Notes: generated by a model not told the origin, from the letters alone. A stretch of 43,319 bases of DNA from a bacterium (GCA_041690355.1 JAWLHK010000030.1:1-43319), one strand, 5' to 3'. Counted from the stretch's first letter, positions 1 to 11,226 are shown. Program-made: numbers and translations.

Positions 1-345
1 CCAACCTTTGCGCCCGGCGCGCTGCGTATGGCGGGTAGAAGGGGCTGGGGGATGAGGGCGGTCCAACTCGATGGCCGGTGAAAGACCCCGCCACCGCCCC
101 CTCCGCAGGTGCACCCGCGGAAAAAGGTTCTCCCCCGCCTCCTCCGTCCGCACGCGCGGGCGGTCCTTGCAGCGCAAACCTTTGCACAAGTCTCACCGCG
201 CGGGGCGGAGGAGGAGGGGGAGCTGGACATGCGCTTCAGGCCGCAATCGCTCCCCTTGTCCCGCCAACCTTTGCGCCCGGCGCGCTGCGTATGGCGGGTA
301 GAAGGGGCTGGGGGATGAGGGCGGTCCAACTCGATGGCCGTTGAA
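1..345. repeat. End of a tandem array of the ~263-bp structured repeat (family A), running off the window start
   Basis: Unit start CCGCCACCGCCCCCTCCGCA at 88, preceded by the tail of the previous unit; near-identical to units at 9581-10610. Confidence 0.9.
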
Positions 346-452
346 AGGACGCCGGTAGGCCCGGGAAGGACAAGACATAGGTACCGGCTATTTGCCAAAA
401 CATGGGTACCAGATCTATCAGTGCTCAGTGCTTAGCGCTCAGCGCTTGGCGC
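346..452. repeat. Dispersed ~85-105 bp repeat (family B), copy 1
   Basis: GACAAGAC..ATTTGCCAAAACATGGGTACC..CAGCGCTTGGCGCT core recurs at ~12001 and ~14848. Confidence 0.8.
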
Positions 453-868
453 TTCCCCGCCCCGCAACCGATGGAGCAGCTGATCAGGGGTCAACACCGG
501 GATCGCAGACGCGCGGAAGTCCCGTACATTCCGCGTGGCAATGGCGTCGACCATCGCTTCGCGCGCGGCCGCATGGAGAACGGCATCCTCAAAGTCGTGG
601 AAGCGGGAGGCCATGGCCTCGGTCAGGACGAGCCGCGTGACCGGCGCCACTTCAAACAGCTCCAGGAGCGAGCGCACATGCGTCATTGCTTTGCGTGCGC
701 CCAAGGCCTTGGCCGCCAGGAGTGAACCGTGGTGATCGTCGTCGCACAGAGCAAGCCGTGTACGCGACCCGTTTCAGCCTCGGTGAACAGACCCGCCGCT
801 GCGTCGGCGAACGGCGCCCGATCGAGAAGCACGTCGAGCACCACATCCGTGTCGAGCAGCACCCTCAC
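432..868 (-). pseudogene. PIN-domain toxin split by a 1-nt deletion
   Basis: N-half MRVLLDTDVVLDVLLDR (683..868) and C-half DFEDAVLHAAA..IATRNVRDF (432..704) join as VHYLAAKALG if one A is restored between 721 and 720; GTGA overlap with the upstream antitoxin. Confidence 0.85.
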
Positions 869-1101
869 CGGTACTTCTCTTCCAGATGACGTCGATAGTC
901 ACTCCGGTCGAGGTCGACCCCCTTCAGGACGCCGCGCAGCTTGCGCGTCACCGGCCCGAGAGACTCCTCGGCCGCAGGCTCCTCGAGTACGGCAAAAAAC
1001 TCGCCGACCATCTGCGAAAGCGACTTCCCGGATTTCCGGGCATATTGCCGCGCTCTTTCGATGAGGGATTTTTCAACACGGAGAGTCAGTTTGGTCTGCA
1101 T
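865..1101 (-). CDS. Ribbon-helix-helix antitoxin (DUF6364-like), 78 aa
   Basis: MQTKLTLRVEKSLIERARQYARKSGKSLSQMV RHH pattern; C-terminal DYRRHLEEKYR; coupled to the PIN gene. Confidence 0.8.
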   Translation of the reverse strand: MQTKLTLRVEKSLIERARQYARKSGKSLSQMVGEFFAVLEEPAAEESLGPVTRKLRGVLKGVDLDRSDYRRHLEEKYR

Positions 1102-1169
1102 ACGTATACATTCTTTCATAATGTACGTCTGGTGTCGCAGGCGGCGGCCGGAACCTTTCCAGACGTCGG

Positions 1170-1560
1170 CCCCCCCTTCCGCTGCGCTACGGGGGGCAAT
1201 GCGCCGGTGAAGCAAGGGCATCGGAACACCGCTGGCGCGGCCCCCACGCTCGTGCACAGCGTGAACCAGGGCTCCCTGGGGGGAGCAACCATTGCTGCAT
1301 GTGCTTGCGGACCCCTTCGGGCCCCCACCTTGTGCACTTTGTAGACGATGGCTCCCCCAGGGGAGCATCCATTGCTGCAGATGAGACAGCGTGTTCAAGG
1401 TTCTCCGACCCCAGCGGGGTTCGCAGCTCTTAGAATGACGTGGTGCGGAATCGTGCCCCCCGGGCTCGGGAGCGCCGGCGCGGCGCGAGCGAGTCCTTTC
1501 CGGACGTCGGACGCCGGACACCGGACCCCCCATCCGCTTCGCTACGGGGGGCAATGCGTC
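1170..1560. repeat. Composite palindromic intergenic repeat (GCTCCCC-GGGGAGC and CGCTACGGGGGGCAATGCG modules)
   Basis: 1236-1499 aligns by eye with 13508-13779; modules recur at ~6970, 33197-33410, 37290-38540 and 39265-41585. Confidence 0.8.
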
Positions 1561-1745
1561 GGTGAAGCAAGGACCCGACCCCGCGCTCGTGCACATCGCG
1601 AACGCCCCCGGGGGAGCAAACCCGCGCCGCGCGTATGCCAGATGGCAGAGCGCGAGAAGATTGCAAATGGCGGAGGACGGACCCTGCGTCTTACTCCGTC
1701 GGCACGAGAGAGGAGCGGGCGGAAAGAGAAAACGGCCAACGAGGC

Positions 1746-3413
1746 TCAGCGTGCGCGCAGGCTCAGTCCGGCTTCACGATAGGGCGGCGTGACGGCGGCC
1801 GGCCGTTCCCGGTCACCCATGGGGAAGCGGTAGACCTGCGCGTCCGCAGCCGCATACGGAAGGCCCCACCACCCCGGCAGCTCGGCGACACGCAGCGGCG
1901 GTTGTGCCGGCAGATGCGGCTCATGCCGCCGATAGTCGGCCGGTTCGAACACGCGGATGACATGCGCGTAGAGATCGGCCACCCAGATCGTGCCGGGAAA
2001 AATCTCCCCATCGCCGAGGGCCGTCACATCGAGGGGCGACGCCCCCACATCCGCAAAGAGCGTTTCCTGCTCTAAAACCTCTTCGCCCGACTCGGCAAGC
2101 CGGATACGGATCAGGCGATTGTCCCACGACCCGGCCAGGATATCGCCCTGGAGCACGCCGCCGAAGTTGGAGGCCGTGTACTCGACGAGACCATTGGTCG
2201 ACGCCGGGAAGACGGCCAGCGCCCCATCTTCACCGGGCGCAAGAAATTGACACTGCCGGGGGTCGGCCGCCGGCACGGGTGACTGCGGATTCGAGGCGTT
2301 GAAACGAATGGCCGGATTGCCGCGGGTCGGATTCGGGTGTCCGCCATAGACGCCCCGCCGCACGAGGTGCAGCTGGTCGCCGTGGGTTGCGCCGCCGTCG
2401 CGGAGCCTGTGGGTGCACGTTCCCCCCGGGCCTTCGCCTTCGGGCAGGCCGCCCCACTTCTGGTTGGGGCCGTTGTCGACCGTGTACAAACGCCCGCCGG
2501 CGATCACCAGATCGTAGGGATTGCGAAATCCCGGCGCATAGACTTCGACCGGCCCGCCCGGCACGATACGCGCCTGGTTCTTGCCCGCATTGCCTCCGAA
2601 GGGATCGTTGGCGTCCTGAATTCCGGCGCGATCTTCATCGTCGAGGGTGGGCAAATCGTAGGTCTGCTCGCCGATGGCCCGCAGATCGACGCGAAGGATC
2701 GCAGCGGAGAGCGCATACTCGGGCAGCCCGAGGAACGATGTCGAGGGCGCTCCGGTATTGGTATTGCTCCCCTGGGCGACATACAGAACGTGGCGTTCGG
2801 GGTCGTAGGCGAGGCCGTTGGTCGAGTGGCTTTCTTCGGAGCGAGGGAGCCCACGCACGAGATCCAGGCGTTGCCAACCCTGCGGCGTACGCAGCAGGCG
2901 GGAGAGGACGCCCGAATTCGTGTCGACGGCGAACTTGCCCTTGTTGTCGCTGCCCCCGCCGATACGGGGATCGCTGGAGGATACATAGACCACCGGCTGC
3001 CGCGGCGTGCCGGTTACGACGAGGCCTGTGAGTTGGCGCGTCGTGATCCGCGGCTCCGGCTCGCCGCTGTCATTGTGATTGGGGATTTCGCGCACCTCCG
3101 TCAGGTTCTCGACCGCCACGGCCTCATATCGCGCCGGCCCGCGTCTCACGATCGTATAGACGCGGATCAGGCCGTCAAGATGCCCGACGTACAGACGGCC
3201 GTCGGGACCGAACTGCAATACCGTAGGGTTGTCGGCTTCAGAACCGAGCAAGTCGCTCCGGGAAAACCGAATCGCCTGTTCGAACGGGCGCACCCGCACC
3301 TCGAACGCGACCGGTTCGCCGGATTCACTTCCTTCTGACGAAGCGCCACGCGAACAAGCCAGCGGAACGCTTGTTACACAAAGCATCAGCAGGGATACAA
3401 CTTGCCGCCTCAT
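1746..3413 (-). CDS. Putative lipoprotein, glucose/sorbosone (PQQ sugar) dehydrogenase-like beta-propeller
   Basis: Signal peptide with lipobox-like PLAC; NPTVLQFGPDGRLYV, HSTNGLAYD and YAPGFRNPYDL propeller motifs; start chosen at ATG 3413. Confidence 0.7.
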   Translation of the reverse strand: MRRQVVSLLMLCVTSVPLACSRGASSEGSESGEPVAFEVRVRPFEQAIRFSRSDLLGSEADNPTVLQFGPDGRLYVGHLDGLIRVYTIVRRGPARYEAVAVENLTEVREIPNHNDSGEPEPRITTRQLTGLVVTGTPRQPVVYVSSSDPRIGGGSDNKGKFAVDTNSGVLSRLLRTPQGWQRLDLVRGLPRSEESHSTNGLAYDPERHVLYVAQGSNTNTGAPSTSFLGLPEYALSAAILRVDLRAIGEQTYDLPTLDDEDRAGIQDANDPFGGNAGKNQARIVPGGPVEVYAPGFRNPYDLVIAGGRLYTVDNGPNQKWGGLPEGEGPGGTCTHRLRDGGATHGDQLHLVRRGVYGGHPNPTRGNPAIRFNASNPQSPVPAADPRQCQFLAPGEDGALAVFPASTNGLVEYTASNFGGVLQGDILAGSWDNRLIRIRLAESGEEVLEQETLFADVGASPLDVTALGDGEIFPGTIWVADLYAHVIRVFEPADYRRHEPHLPAQPPLRVAELPGWWGLPYAAADAQVYRFPMGDRERPAAVTPPYREAGLSLRAR

Positions 3414-3728
3414 GTTTTCCCCCAGAAGAGGCACGCCGGTGCCGGAGCGCTGAACCTCGGCGCACCCTGTCTACCTTAGCAATGGTGTGTGGGGGCGTAC
3501 AGGTACCCGACGCAGAAAGACGGGTCTAACAGCAATCCGGTCGCCTGGCAAGCACCGGCGGATTCATCGGGGTGCGCAGCGATGCCCGAAGCGAACCGCG
3601 CCCCGTCGCATGCTACGCTGGTCTTAAACCGGCCGAATCACCTCTGCCCCGCCAGCCGAGAACGGCCCGCCACGCAGGCTGATTCGACGTCCATACGCTT
3701 CCACTCCGAGACCTTAGCGAGGCGACGC

Positions 3729-4469
3729 ATGCGACACCCTACCGCCGTGGTCGAAACCGAACGCATCGGTGCCGGTACGGTCATTCACCCTTATGCCGTC
3801 ATCGGCAGGGACGTCGTCATCGGGCGGAACTGTACGATTCACCCCCATGTCGTCCTCGAGGGGGACGTCCGCATCGGCGACGGGGTCGAAATTTTTCCCG
3901 GTTCCTACCTCGGCAAACGTCCGCAGGGCGCCGGCGCGACGGCCCGGCCGCTGCGTGATGACGGCCCGGTCGAGATCGGCGACGGCTGCGCCATCGGTCC
4001 GCATGCGGTCGTCTATCGCGACGTGCGCATCGGGCGAAACACCCTGCTCGGCGACGGCGCTGCCATCCGCGAACAGGTGCGTATCGGCGATTTCTGCATC
4101 ATCAGTCGCTTCGTCACCGTCAATTACGAAACCAGCATCGGCTCGCGCACCAAGATCATGGACCAGACCCATATCACCGGCAAGTGCCGGGTCGGCGACG
4201 ACGTCTTCATCGGCATGCTCGTGTCGACCGCGAACGATAATTCCCTGTTGACGCGGGAATATGACGAGGCCGCGACCCAAGGTCCTCAGATTGACGACGG
4301 GGCGACCATCGGCACCGGCGCCATTGTCTTCCCCTCCGTGCGGCTGGGCGCGAAATCGCTCGTCGGCGCCGGCGCCGTGGTCACGCGTGACGTCGCTCCG
4401 GGCGATGTCGTGATGGGCATGCCGGCCCGGGTCGTGCGCAGCCTGAACGTCAACAATGCGGGAGGGTGA
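3729..4469 (+). CDS. Left-handed beta-helix (hexapeptide) sugar N-acyltransferase, QdtC/WbpD-like
   Basis: HPTAVVE start, repeated IGxxxx hexapeptides, VGAGAVVTRDV..GMPARV tail; operon context. Confidence 0.85.
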   Translation: MRHPTAVVETERIGAGTVIHPYAVIGRDVVIGRNCTIHPHVVLEGDVRIGDGVEIFPGSYLGKRPQGAGATARPLRDDGPVEIGDGCAIGPHAVVYRDVRIGRNTLLGDGAAIREQVRIGDFCIISRFVTVNYETSIGSRTKIMDQTHITGKCRVGDDVFIGMLVSTANDNSLLTREYDEAATQGPQIDDGATIGTGAIVFPSVRLGAKSLVGAGAVVTRDVAPGDVVMGMPARVVRSLNVNNAGG

Positions 4470-4470
4470 C

Positions 4471-4875
4471 ATGCCGGGAACTTCGATCGACCTGCCCTCC
4501 GTGCGCGAATCGCGCGGTACGCTGACGCATCTGACCGTGCCCACGCAGGTGCCTTTCCCGGTACAGCGGATCTTCTTTCTGCACGATCTTCCTCCCGATA
4601 CCGTGCGCGGCAGACACGCCCACCGCACGCTGCACGAATTCGTGCTCTGCCTCTCGGGATCGGCCGAACTCCTGCTCGACGACGGACGCACGACGAGCGT
4701 CTGGCCCTTGGTGGCGGCTGAAAACGGCGTGCATATCCCCCCGCTGCACTGGATCACACTGCGCAACTTTTCCCCCGACGTGACGGTCGTCGTCCTGGCC
4801 TCGGCGCCCTACGACGAAGCCGATTACATCCGCGACTATGCGACCTTCCGCCGACTGGCAGGAGCGAGCGCATGA
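4471..4875 (+). CDS. dTDP-4-keto-6-deoxyglucose 3,4-ketoisomerase (FdtA/QdtA cupin)
   Basis: [36 protein letters not shown] motifs; GGAGG RBS. Confidence 0.9.
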   Translation: MPGTSIDLPSVRESRGTLTHLTVPTQVPFPVQRIFFLHDLPPDTVRGRHAHRTLHEFVLCLSGSAELLLDDGRTTSVWPLVAAENGVHIPPLHWITLRNFSPDVTVVVLASAPYDEADYIRDYATFRRLAGASA

Positions 4876-5984
4876 CCGTTCGCATGCTCAATCTGCAACG
4901 CCAGCACGAGGCGATCGAGGGCGCCCTGCGCGACGCCATGGCGCGCGTACTCGCTTCGGGCGAATTCATCCTCGGGCCGGAATGCGCCGCTTTCGAACGC
5001 GAATTCGCGGCGTATTGCGGGGTGCGTCATTGCATCGCCGTGGGCAATGGCCTCGACGCCCTGCACCTCATCCTGCGCGGGCTCGGTGTCGGTCACGGCG
5101 ACGAGGTCATCGTGCCCGCGCATACGTTCATCGCCACCTGGCTGGCCGTGACGCACACGGGCGCGACACCCGTGCCGATCGAGCCGCGGGAAGGGGGCTT
5201 TCAGATCGACCCGGCCGCCGTGCGCAGAGCCCTCGGCGCCCGCACCAGAGCCATCGTCGCCGTGCACCTCTACGGCGAACCCGCCGACATGACGGCCCTG
5301 CGTGCGATCGCCAACGCGCGGGGACTGCCCCTGATTGAAGACGCCGCCCAGAGCCATGGCGCCCGATGGGACGAAAGCGTGACCGGCAGCTTCGGCAAGG
5401 CCGCCGCGTTCAGCTTCTATCCCGGCAAGAACCTCGGCGCCTGTGGCGACGGCGGCGCCATGACCACCAACGATGACGAGCTGGCCGAACGGCTGCGGCG
5501 GCTGCGGAACTACGGTTCGAGCCAGAAGTACGTCCATCGCGAGGCAGGCTTCAACTCGCGACTCGACGAGATGCAGGCGGCCCTTCTGCGCGTCAAGCTC
5601 CGGCTGCTCGACGAGTGGAACGAACGGCGGCGGGTCATCGCAGGCCGTTACCACGAAGGGCTGGCCGGTCTGCCCCTGCGGCGCCCGGAACCCGACCCCC
5701 GATGCACACCGGTCTGGCACCAGTACGTCGTGAGGACGGCGGCGCGCGACCGGTTGGCCGGCTACCTGCGCGACAACGCCATCGAGACGGGCCTGCACTA
5801 CCCGGTGGCCGTGCACCGCAGCGAAGCGTACAGCGGGTCGTATGGTAGCGTCTCTCTGCCACGGACCGAGCGTCTCGCCGACGAGGTTCTCAGCCTGCCG
5901 ATGGATCCGTTTCTCACCGACGACGAAGTCGACCGCGTCATCGAGGCCGTGCGGGACTTTCACCGGAGGGCCGTGGCGGCATGA
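4872..5984 (+). CDS. DegT/DnrJ/EryC1/StrS PLP aminotransferase (FdtB/QdtB-like)
   Basis: [43 protein letters not shown] overlap. Confidence 0.92.
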   Translation: MTVRMLNLQRQHEAIEGALRDAMARVLASGEFILGPECAAFEREFAAYCGVRHCIAVGNGLDALHLILRGLGVGHGDEVIVPAHTFIATWLAVTHTGATPVPIEPREGGFQIDPAAVRRALGARTRAIVAVHLYGEPADMTALRAIANARGLPLIEDAAQSHGARWDESVTGSFGKAAAFSFYPGKNLGACGDGGAMTTNDDELAERLRRLRNYGSSQKYVHREAGFNSRLDEMQAALLRVKLRLLDEWNERRRVIAGRYHEGLAGLPLRRPEPDPRCTPVWHQYVVRTAARDRLAGYLRDNAIETGLHYPVAVHRSEAYSGSYGSVSLPRTERLADEVLSLPMDPFLTDDEVDRVIEAVRDFHRRAVAA

Positions 5985-6862
5985 CGGGGAGGCGGAACCG
6001 GGAGACCCCATCGATCAGCGTGCTGATGCCCGCGTACCAGCACGTTCGCTTTCTCGGCGAAGCGGTCGAGAGTGTCTGGCGCCAACAGGACATTCCGCTC
6101 GAACTCATTGTGGTCGACGACGGATCGACCGACGGCACCTTCGAGCTTGCCAGCGCGCTGCGGGAACGTTCGCCGATTCCCATGACGGTGGTGAAGCAGG
6201 CCAACGGCGGCACGGCAGCGGCCCTCCGGCGGGCATTCCAATTCGCACGGGGAACCTACGTGGCGCTGCTGGCTTCGGACGACCGCTTTGCCGCCGGGCG
6301 CTTCGTTTCTCAACTGGCCGCGTTCACCCCCGACGTGCAGGTGGTGTACGGCAATGGCGTGGCGTTCAGCCAGGCCGGCCCTGTCTCTGCTATCCATGGC
6401 CCCGCCGCCGTCGCCCTGCTGCGGCGCAGCGCCGCGGAAATCCGCGATCACCTGTACCGCTCGGTCGATCCCTGTCTGTACGTGCAGGCGGCGCTCTTCC
6501 GGCGAAGCTTTCTCGAAGCGATCGGGGCGTTCGATGCGGCCGGCAGCCTCGACGACTGGCCGCTCAACATCCGTGTCTTCGAGGCGCTCGCCGCAGGGGC
6601 CGGACGGTTCGCCTTCGTCGATGAAATCGTCGTGGAGTACCGCCGTCACGCTACCAACAGCGATCGCGATCTCCCGCGGCACGTCGCCCGTATCGAACGG
6701 GCCGCCCGCGACTGTGTGCCCGCGCACCTGCGCGCCGACATGCTCGCCGGCATGTACCTTCTGTTCGGCAGGAACGCCCTCTTTCGCGGGCAAGTGGCGA
6801 CGGCCATCCGCATGCTCTCCCGGGGGCTCCGCTATCGCCTGCAAGCGGGAAGCATGGAGTGA
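5981..6862 (+). CDS. Glycosyltransferase family 2
   Basis: [26 protein letters not shown] motif; ATGA overlap. Confidence 0.88.
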   Translation: MTGRRNRETPSISVLMPAYQHVRFLGEAVESVWRQQDIPLELIVVDDGSTDGTFELASALRERSPIPMTVVKQANGGTAAALRRAFQFARGTYVALLASDDRFAAGRFVSQLAAFTPDVQVVYGNGVAFSQAGPVSAIHGPAAVALLRRSAAEIRDHLYRSVDPCLYVQAALFRRSFLEAIGAFDAAGSLDDWPLNIRVFEALAAGAGRFAFVDEIVVEYRRHATNSDRDLPRHVARIERAARDCVPAHLRADMLAGMYLLFGRNALFRGQVATAIRMLSRGLRYRLQAGSME

Positions 6863-7043
6863 ACCACGAAGCTGGCCTTCGTGCGGCGACGGACGCCGCG
6901 CGGGGCGAGGTTCAACGCGAAACGGGGCCGATGCCGGCCAGGACGGGCGTGCCGCGGCGTGAACGCCTGACCCCCCATTCGCTTCGCTACGGGGGGCAAT
7001 GCGTCGGACGTCGGTTTTCAGCAGGTACCAAGCAAGGGCATCC

Positions 7044-7203
7044 CACGCGGAGCCGCGGAGTCGCGGAGAGGAAAGGACCGGAAAGGGCCTTAGCCACCTG
7101 TTCCGGATTCCATGTAAGTCCAAGCGGTACTCGAGTTCCGCCTGCCCCGCATCCCTTGTGAAAAAGCCCTTTCTTCGCTCCGCGGCCTCCGCGCCTCCGC
7201 GTG
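7044..7203. repeat. Inverted pair of CGCGGAG-type short repeats (MITE-like)
   Basis: CACGCGGAGCCGCGGAGTCGCGGAG at 7044 versus CTCCGCGGCCTCCGCGCCTCCGCGTG ending at 7203. Confidence 0.6.
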
Positions 7204-7322
7204 AACCCAGCCCTTCGCATACCCTGAATCCCATTCCGGTGCCCCCTCCGGGGGAACCGCATGCAGCACTCGGGCGCCGTGGAGGCGGGGGGCCCCATCT
7301 CCGAATCCGGGACAGCCACTTC

Positions 7323-8231
7323 TTACGCGCATAGCCGGATCCCGTCTCTTTCTGCCCGGTGCTCTTCGGCCAGGCGCCTGAGGTAAGCCCCGTACCCCGA
7401 CTTGGCCAGACGGGCCGCGGCGGCCTCGAGCTGGTCGACGGAGATCAGGCCCATGCGGAAGGCCACCTCTTCGGGGCAGGCCACTTTCAGCCCCTGGCGC
7501 CGTTCGAGCGTGGCGACGAAATTCCCCGCTTCGAGCAAAGAGTCATGCGTGCCCGTGTCGAGCCAGGCCATGCCGCGCCCGAGGGGCACGACCTGCAGCC
7601 GCCCTGCCCGCAGATAGGCGTCGTTGACGGCGGTAATCTCCAGCTCGCCGCGGGCCGACGGCTCGACCGCCCGGGCGATGTCGACGACGTCGGCATCGTA
7701 GAAATAGAGACCGGTCACGGCAAGCGACGAGCGGGGCCGGCTCGGCTTTTCTTCGATGCTGAGCGGACGGCCCCGGCTGTCGAGCTCGACGATGCCGAAG
7801 CGCTGCGGATCGTTGACGTGATAGGCGAATACGGTCGCCCCCTCGGGCTGCTGAGCCGCATCGCGCACGAGCCGCCCGAGGCCGTCACCGTAGAAGATGT
7901 TGTCGCCGAGGATCAGGGCCGCAGGGGCGCCATCGAGAAACGGGGCGCCGATGAGAAAGGCGTCGGCGAGGCCGCGGGGGGTCTCCTGAATCGCGTAGGC
8001 AAGCCGGATCCCCCATTGGCTGCCGTCGCCGAGAAAACTCTCGAAGCGCGCCTGGTCTTCGGGTGTGGTGATGAGGAGAATCTCCCGGATCCCCGCCAGC
8101 ATGAGCGTCGTCAGCGGATAATAGATCATCGGCTTGTCGTAGACGGGCATGAGCTGCTTGCTGCCGGCCAGCGTGACCGGGTGCAGCCGGGTGCCCGCCC
8201 CGCCGGCCAGAATGATTCCCTTGCGTTTCAT
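7323..8231 (-). CDS. rfbA: Glucose-1-phosphate thymidylyltransferase
   Basis: [49 protein letters not shown]. Confidence 0.97.
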   Translation of the reverse strand: MKRKGIILAGGAGTRLHPVTLAGSKQLMPVYDKPMIYYPLTTLMLAGIREILLITTPEDQARFESFLGDGSQWGIRLAYAIQETPRGLADAFLIGAPFLDGAPAALILGDNIFYGDGLGRLVRDAAQQPEGATVFAYHVNDPQRFGIVELDSRGRPLSIEEKPSRPRSSLAVTGLYFYDADVVDIARAVEPSARGELEITAVNDAYLRAGRLQVVPLGRGMAWLDTGTHDSLLEAGNFVATLERRQGLKVACPEEVAFRMGLISVDQLEAAAARLAKSGYGAYLRRLAEEHRAERDGIRLCA

Positions 8232-9289
8232 ACTTCGTCTCCCTCGAGCAGCCCACGCCGCTGCAGGTGATAGGTGTCGCCCGAAACCTCGGCGCACCAG
8301 GCGGCGTGATCGAGGTACCACGCGACGGTCCGGCGCAGTCCGCTCGCCAGGGTTTCCTGCGGCTGCCAGCCGAGCTCGTCGCGGATGCGCGAGGCGTCGA
8401 TGGCGTAGCGCCGGTCGTGCCCGGGCCGATCGGCGACGAAGGTGATGCGCCCGGCGCAGCCGGCCGCTTCGGGTGCGAGTTCCTCCAGCAGGGCGCACAG
8501 CGTGAGTACCAGGTCGAGGTTCGCGACTTCGCAGTTGCCGCCGATGTTGTACGTCGCCCCCGGACGCCCGTGATCGAGCGCTGCGGCGAGCGCGGCGCAG
8601 TGGTCGCCGACGAACAGCCAGTCGCGCACGTGTCTTCCGTCGCCGTACACGGGCAGGGGCAGGCCGCGGCGCGCTCGCGAGATCATGTGCGGAATGAGCT
8701 TCTCCGGAAACTGGTACGGCCCGTAGTTGTTCGAGCAGTGGGTCGTGACGGCCGGCAGCCCGTAGGTCTGCCCGTAAGCCCGTACCAGGTGGTCGGAGGC
8801 CGCCTTGGAGGCGGCGTACGGCGAGTTGGGCCGATAGGGCGAGTCCTCGGTAAAGTACCCGGCCTCTCCGAGGGAACCATAGACCTCATCGGTCGAAACA
8901 TGCAGAAAGCGGAACGCGCGGCGATTCTCCGGGGTGAGCGTTTCCCAGTACCGGCGGGTCGCCTCGAGCAGCAGAAAGGTGCCGTGCACATTGGTTTCCA
9001 TGAACGCGGCCGGCCCCTCGATGGAGCGGTCGACGTGCGACTCGGCCGCGAAGTGCACGACGGCTTCGGGCCGGTGCGCGCCCAGCAGGCTCTCGACGAG
9101 CGGCACGTCGCAGATACTGCCGTGGACGAAGACATGCCTGCCGGGGCCCTCGACATCCCGAAGGCTGGCCAGGTGACCCGCGTAGGTGAGCGCGTCGAGG
9201 TTGATGACGGTGAGCCCGCCGGCCACACATTGGCGGACGAAGTTGGCGCCGATGAATCCGGCGCCGCCGGTCACGAGTATCGTGCGCAT
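8228..9289 (-). CDS. rfbB: dTDP-glucose 4,6-dehydratase
   Basis: [45 protein letters not shown]; overlaps the rfbA start. Confidence 0.97.
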   Translation of the reverse strand: MRTILVTGGAGFIGANFVRQCVAGGLTVINLDALTYAGHLASLRDVEGPGRHVFVHGSICDVPLVESLLGAHRPEAVVHFAAESHVDRSIEGPAAFMETNVHGTFLLLEATRRYWETLTPENRRAFRFLHVSTDEVYGSLGEAGYFTEDSPYRPNSPYAASKAASDHLVRAYGQTYGLPAVTTHCSNNYGPYQFPEKLIPHMISRARRGLPLPVYGDGRHVRDWLFVGDHCAALAAALDHGRPGATYNIGGNCEVANLDLVLTLCALLEELAPEAAGCAGRITFVADRPGHDRRYAIDASRIRDELGWQPQETLASGLRRTVAWYLDHAAWCAEVSGDTYHLQRRGLLEGDEV

Positions 9290-9580
9290 CGTGTCCTCGC
9301 TCCGCAGCCCGCACCGCGGATGACGGCCGGCAGGGTTTTCCGGAGTACGTTCAGGTCGCCGCCGGAACTCCACCGGTTGCGATGTTCGAGGTCGAACGTC
9401 ATCCACTGTCATGCATTGTCATGGTTCCAGGATTTGCCGCCGGGCGTTCCGGCATCCGGGCAAGCGCTTCTCTTCCCATTATGGTTCCTGCCCCGTCCGT
9501 TCACAGCCGCGCCCCATCCGATGACGGCGGCAGGGGTTGATCCGCTTGTGGGTTCGGCGCCGTTCTGCTAGCGCGAGCGG

Positions 9581-10610
9581 CCGCCACCGCCCCCTCCGCA
9601 TGTACACCCGCGGAAAAAGGTTCTCCCCCGCCTCCTCCGTCCGCACGCGCGGGCGGTCCTTGCCGCGCAAACCTTTGCACAAGTCTCACCGCGCGGGGCG
9701 GAGGAGGAGGGGGAGCCGGACATGCGTTTCAGGCCGCAATTGCTCCCCTTCTCCCGCCAACCGTTGCGCCCTGCGCGCTGCGTATGGCGGGAAGAAGGGC
9801 CTGGGGGATGAGGGCGGCCCAACTCGATGGCCGGTGAAAGACTCCGCCACCGCCCCCTCCGCAGGTGCACCCGCGGAAAAAGGGTCTCCCCCGCCTCCTC
9901 CGTCCGCACGCGCGCGCGGGCCTTGCAGCGCAAACCTTTTTACAAGTCTCACCGCGCGGGGCGGAGGAGGAGGGGGAGCTGGACATGCGTTTCAGGCCGC
10001 AATCGCTCCCCTTCTCCCGCCAACCTTTGCGCCCGGCGCGCTGCGTATGGCGGGCAGAAGGGGCTGGGGGATGCGGGCGGCCCAACTCGATGGCCGGTGA
10101 AAGACCCCGCCACCGCCCCCTCCGCATGTGCACCCGCGGAAAAAGGGTCTCCCCCTCCTCCTCCGTCCACACGCGCAGACGGGCCTTGCCGCGCAAACCT
10201 TTCCACTAAGGCCACCGCGCGGGGCGGAGGAGGAGGGGGACTTGGACATGCGTTTCAGGCCGCAATCGCTCCCCTTCTCCCGCCAACCGTTGCGCCCGGA
10301 GCGCTGCGTATGGCGGGAAGAAGGGGCTGGGGGATGAGGGCGGCCCAACTCGATGGCCGGTGAAGAAGACCCCGCCACCGCCCCCTCCGCATGTGCACCC
10401 GCGGGAAAAGGGTCTCCCCCGCCTCCTCCGTCCGCACGCGCAGGCGGTCCTTGCAGCGCAAACCTTTGCACAAGTCTCACCGCGCGGGGCGGAGGAGGAG
10501 GGGGAGCCGGACATGCGTTTCAGGCCGCAATTGCTCCCCTTCTCCCGCCAACCTTTGCGCCCGGCGCGCTGCGTATGGCGGGTAGAAGGGGCTGGGGGAA
10601 GAGGGCGGCG
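9581..10610. repeat. Tandem array of ~4 copies of the 263-bp family A repeat
   Basis: Unit starts at 9581, 9844, 10107 and 10372; each unit has two long GC-rich inverted repeats. Confidence 0.95.
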
Positions 10611-10731
10611 GACCATGCTTGCTGAAACAAGGGCCGGGACCCCCACTTTGTGAACCTTGTCCCTCCTGGAATCGGAAATCCCGTTCACCGGAAGAGGGGA
10701 ATCATCAGCGCGGGTGAGCCAAAGGGGGACG

Positions 10732-11202
10732 CTACGTCTTCACGTTCCGCGCATACGGAATCCCATGCTCGTCGAGGAAGTCGGCGGCGTAGTCTTCCCA
10801 GGCGCGTTGCAGGTGCGCATACCAGGCCTCGAGCAGGCCGTGGTGGTATGCGCGATCCTTGAATCGGCGGAAGGCGCCCCGGCCCTCGATCGCATCCGCC
10901 AGCTCCCGCGCGGCTTTTCCCTCCGGAAGCGCGTGGATGAATTCTTCCATCAGGCGGTACTCGTTGAGATCGGATCGCTCGGGGAGCCGTACGAATTCGT
11001 CGGAGTCCAACACCCGGCGTGCGAGTTCGGCGGCTTCGCGCTGCCACTCCGGAAGCTCGGAAAGATCGTCGCAGTCAGCCGCGCTCCGGTCCTCGTCCGT
11101 CAGGTGGACAAGTTCCCCGGTGGTGCGATGGATGTACGCGGCGGTCGTGCCGTCGCTGGCCTGGGCCTGGATCTCTTCGGCGATTTCACGAAGGGTCGGC
11201 AT
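10732..11202 (-). CDS. UPF0158 family protein
   Basis: YIHRTTGELV, EYRLMEEFI, AIEGRGAFRRFKD..W pattern. Confidence 0.85.
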   Translation of the reverse strand: MPTLREIAEEIQAQASDGTTAAYIHRTTGELVHLTDEDRSAADCDDLSELPEWQREAAELARRVLDSDEFVRLPERSDLNEYRLMEEFIHALPEGKAARELADAIEGRGAFRRFKDRAYHHGLLEAWYAHLQRAWEDYAADFLDEHGIPYARNVKT

Positions 11203-11226
11203 AGGGAACCTCGATGGTTTTCCATT

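Noticed and set aside
1102-1596. Long N-terminal extension of the antitoxin ORF (likewise the extensions at 3489, 8498, 9412, 14964, 28621, 32316 and 39417)
   Set aside because: The extensions run through repeats or neighbouring genes; family-like sequence begins at the downstream ATGs
6859-7161. 100-aa ORF coupled to the GT2 gene
   Set aside because: Runs through repeat modules and has no protein-like features despite the GTGA overlap
9581-10610. CRISPR array
   Set aside because: Units are ~263 bp and similar along their whole length, with no unique spacers and no cas genes
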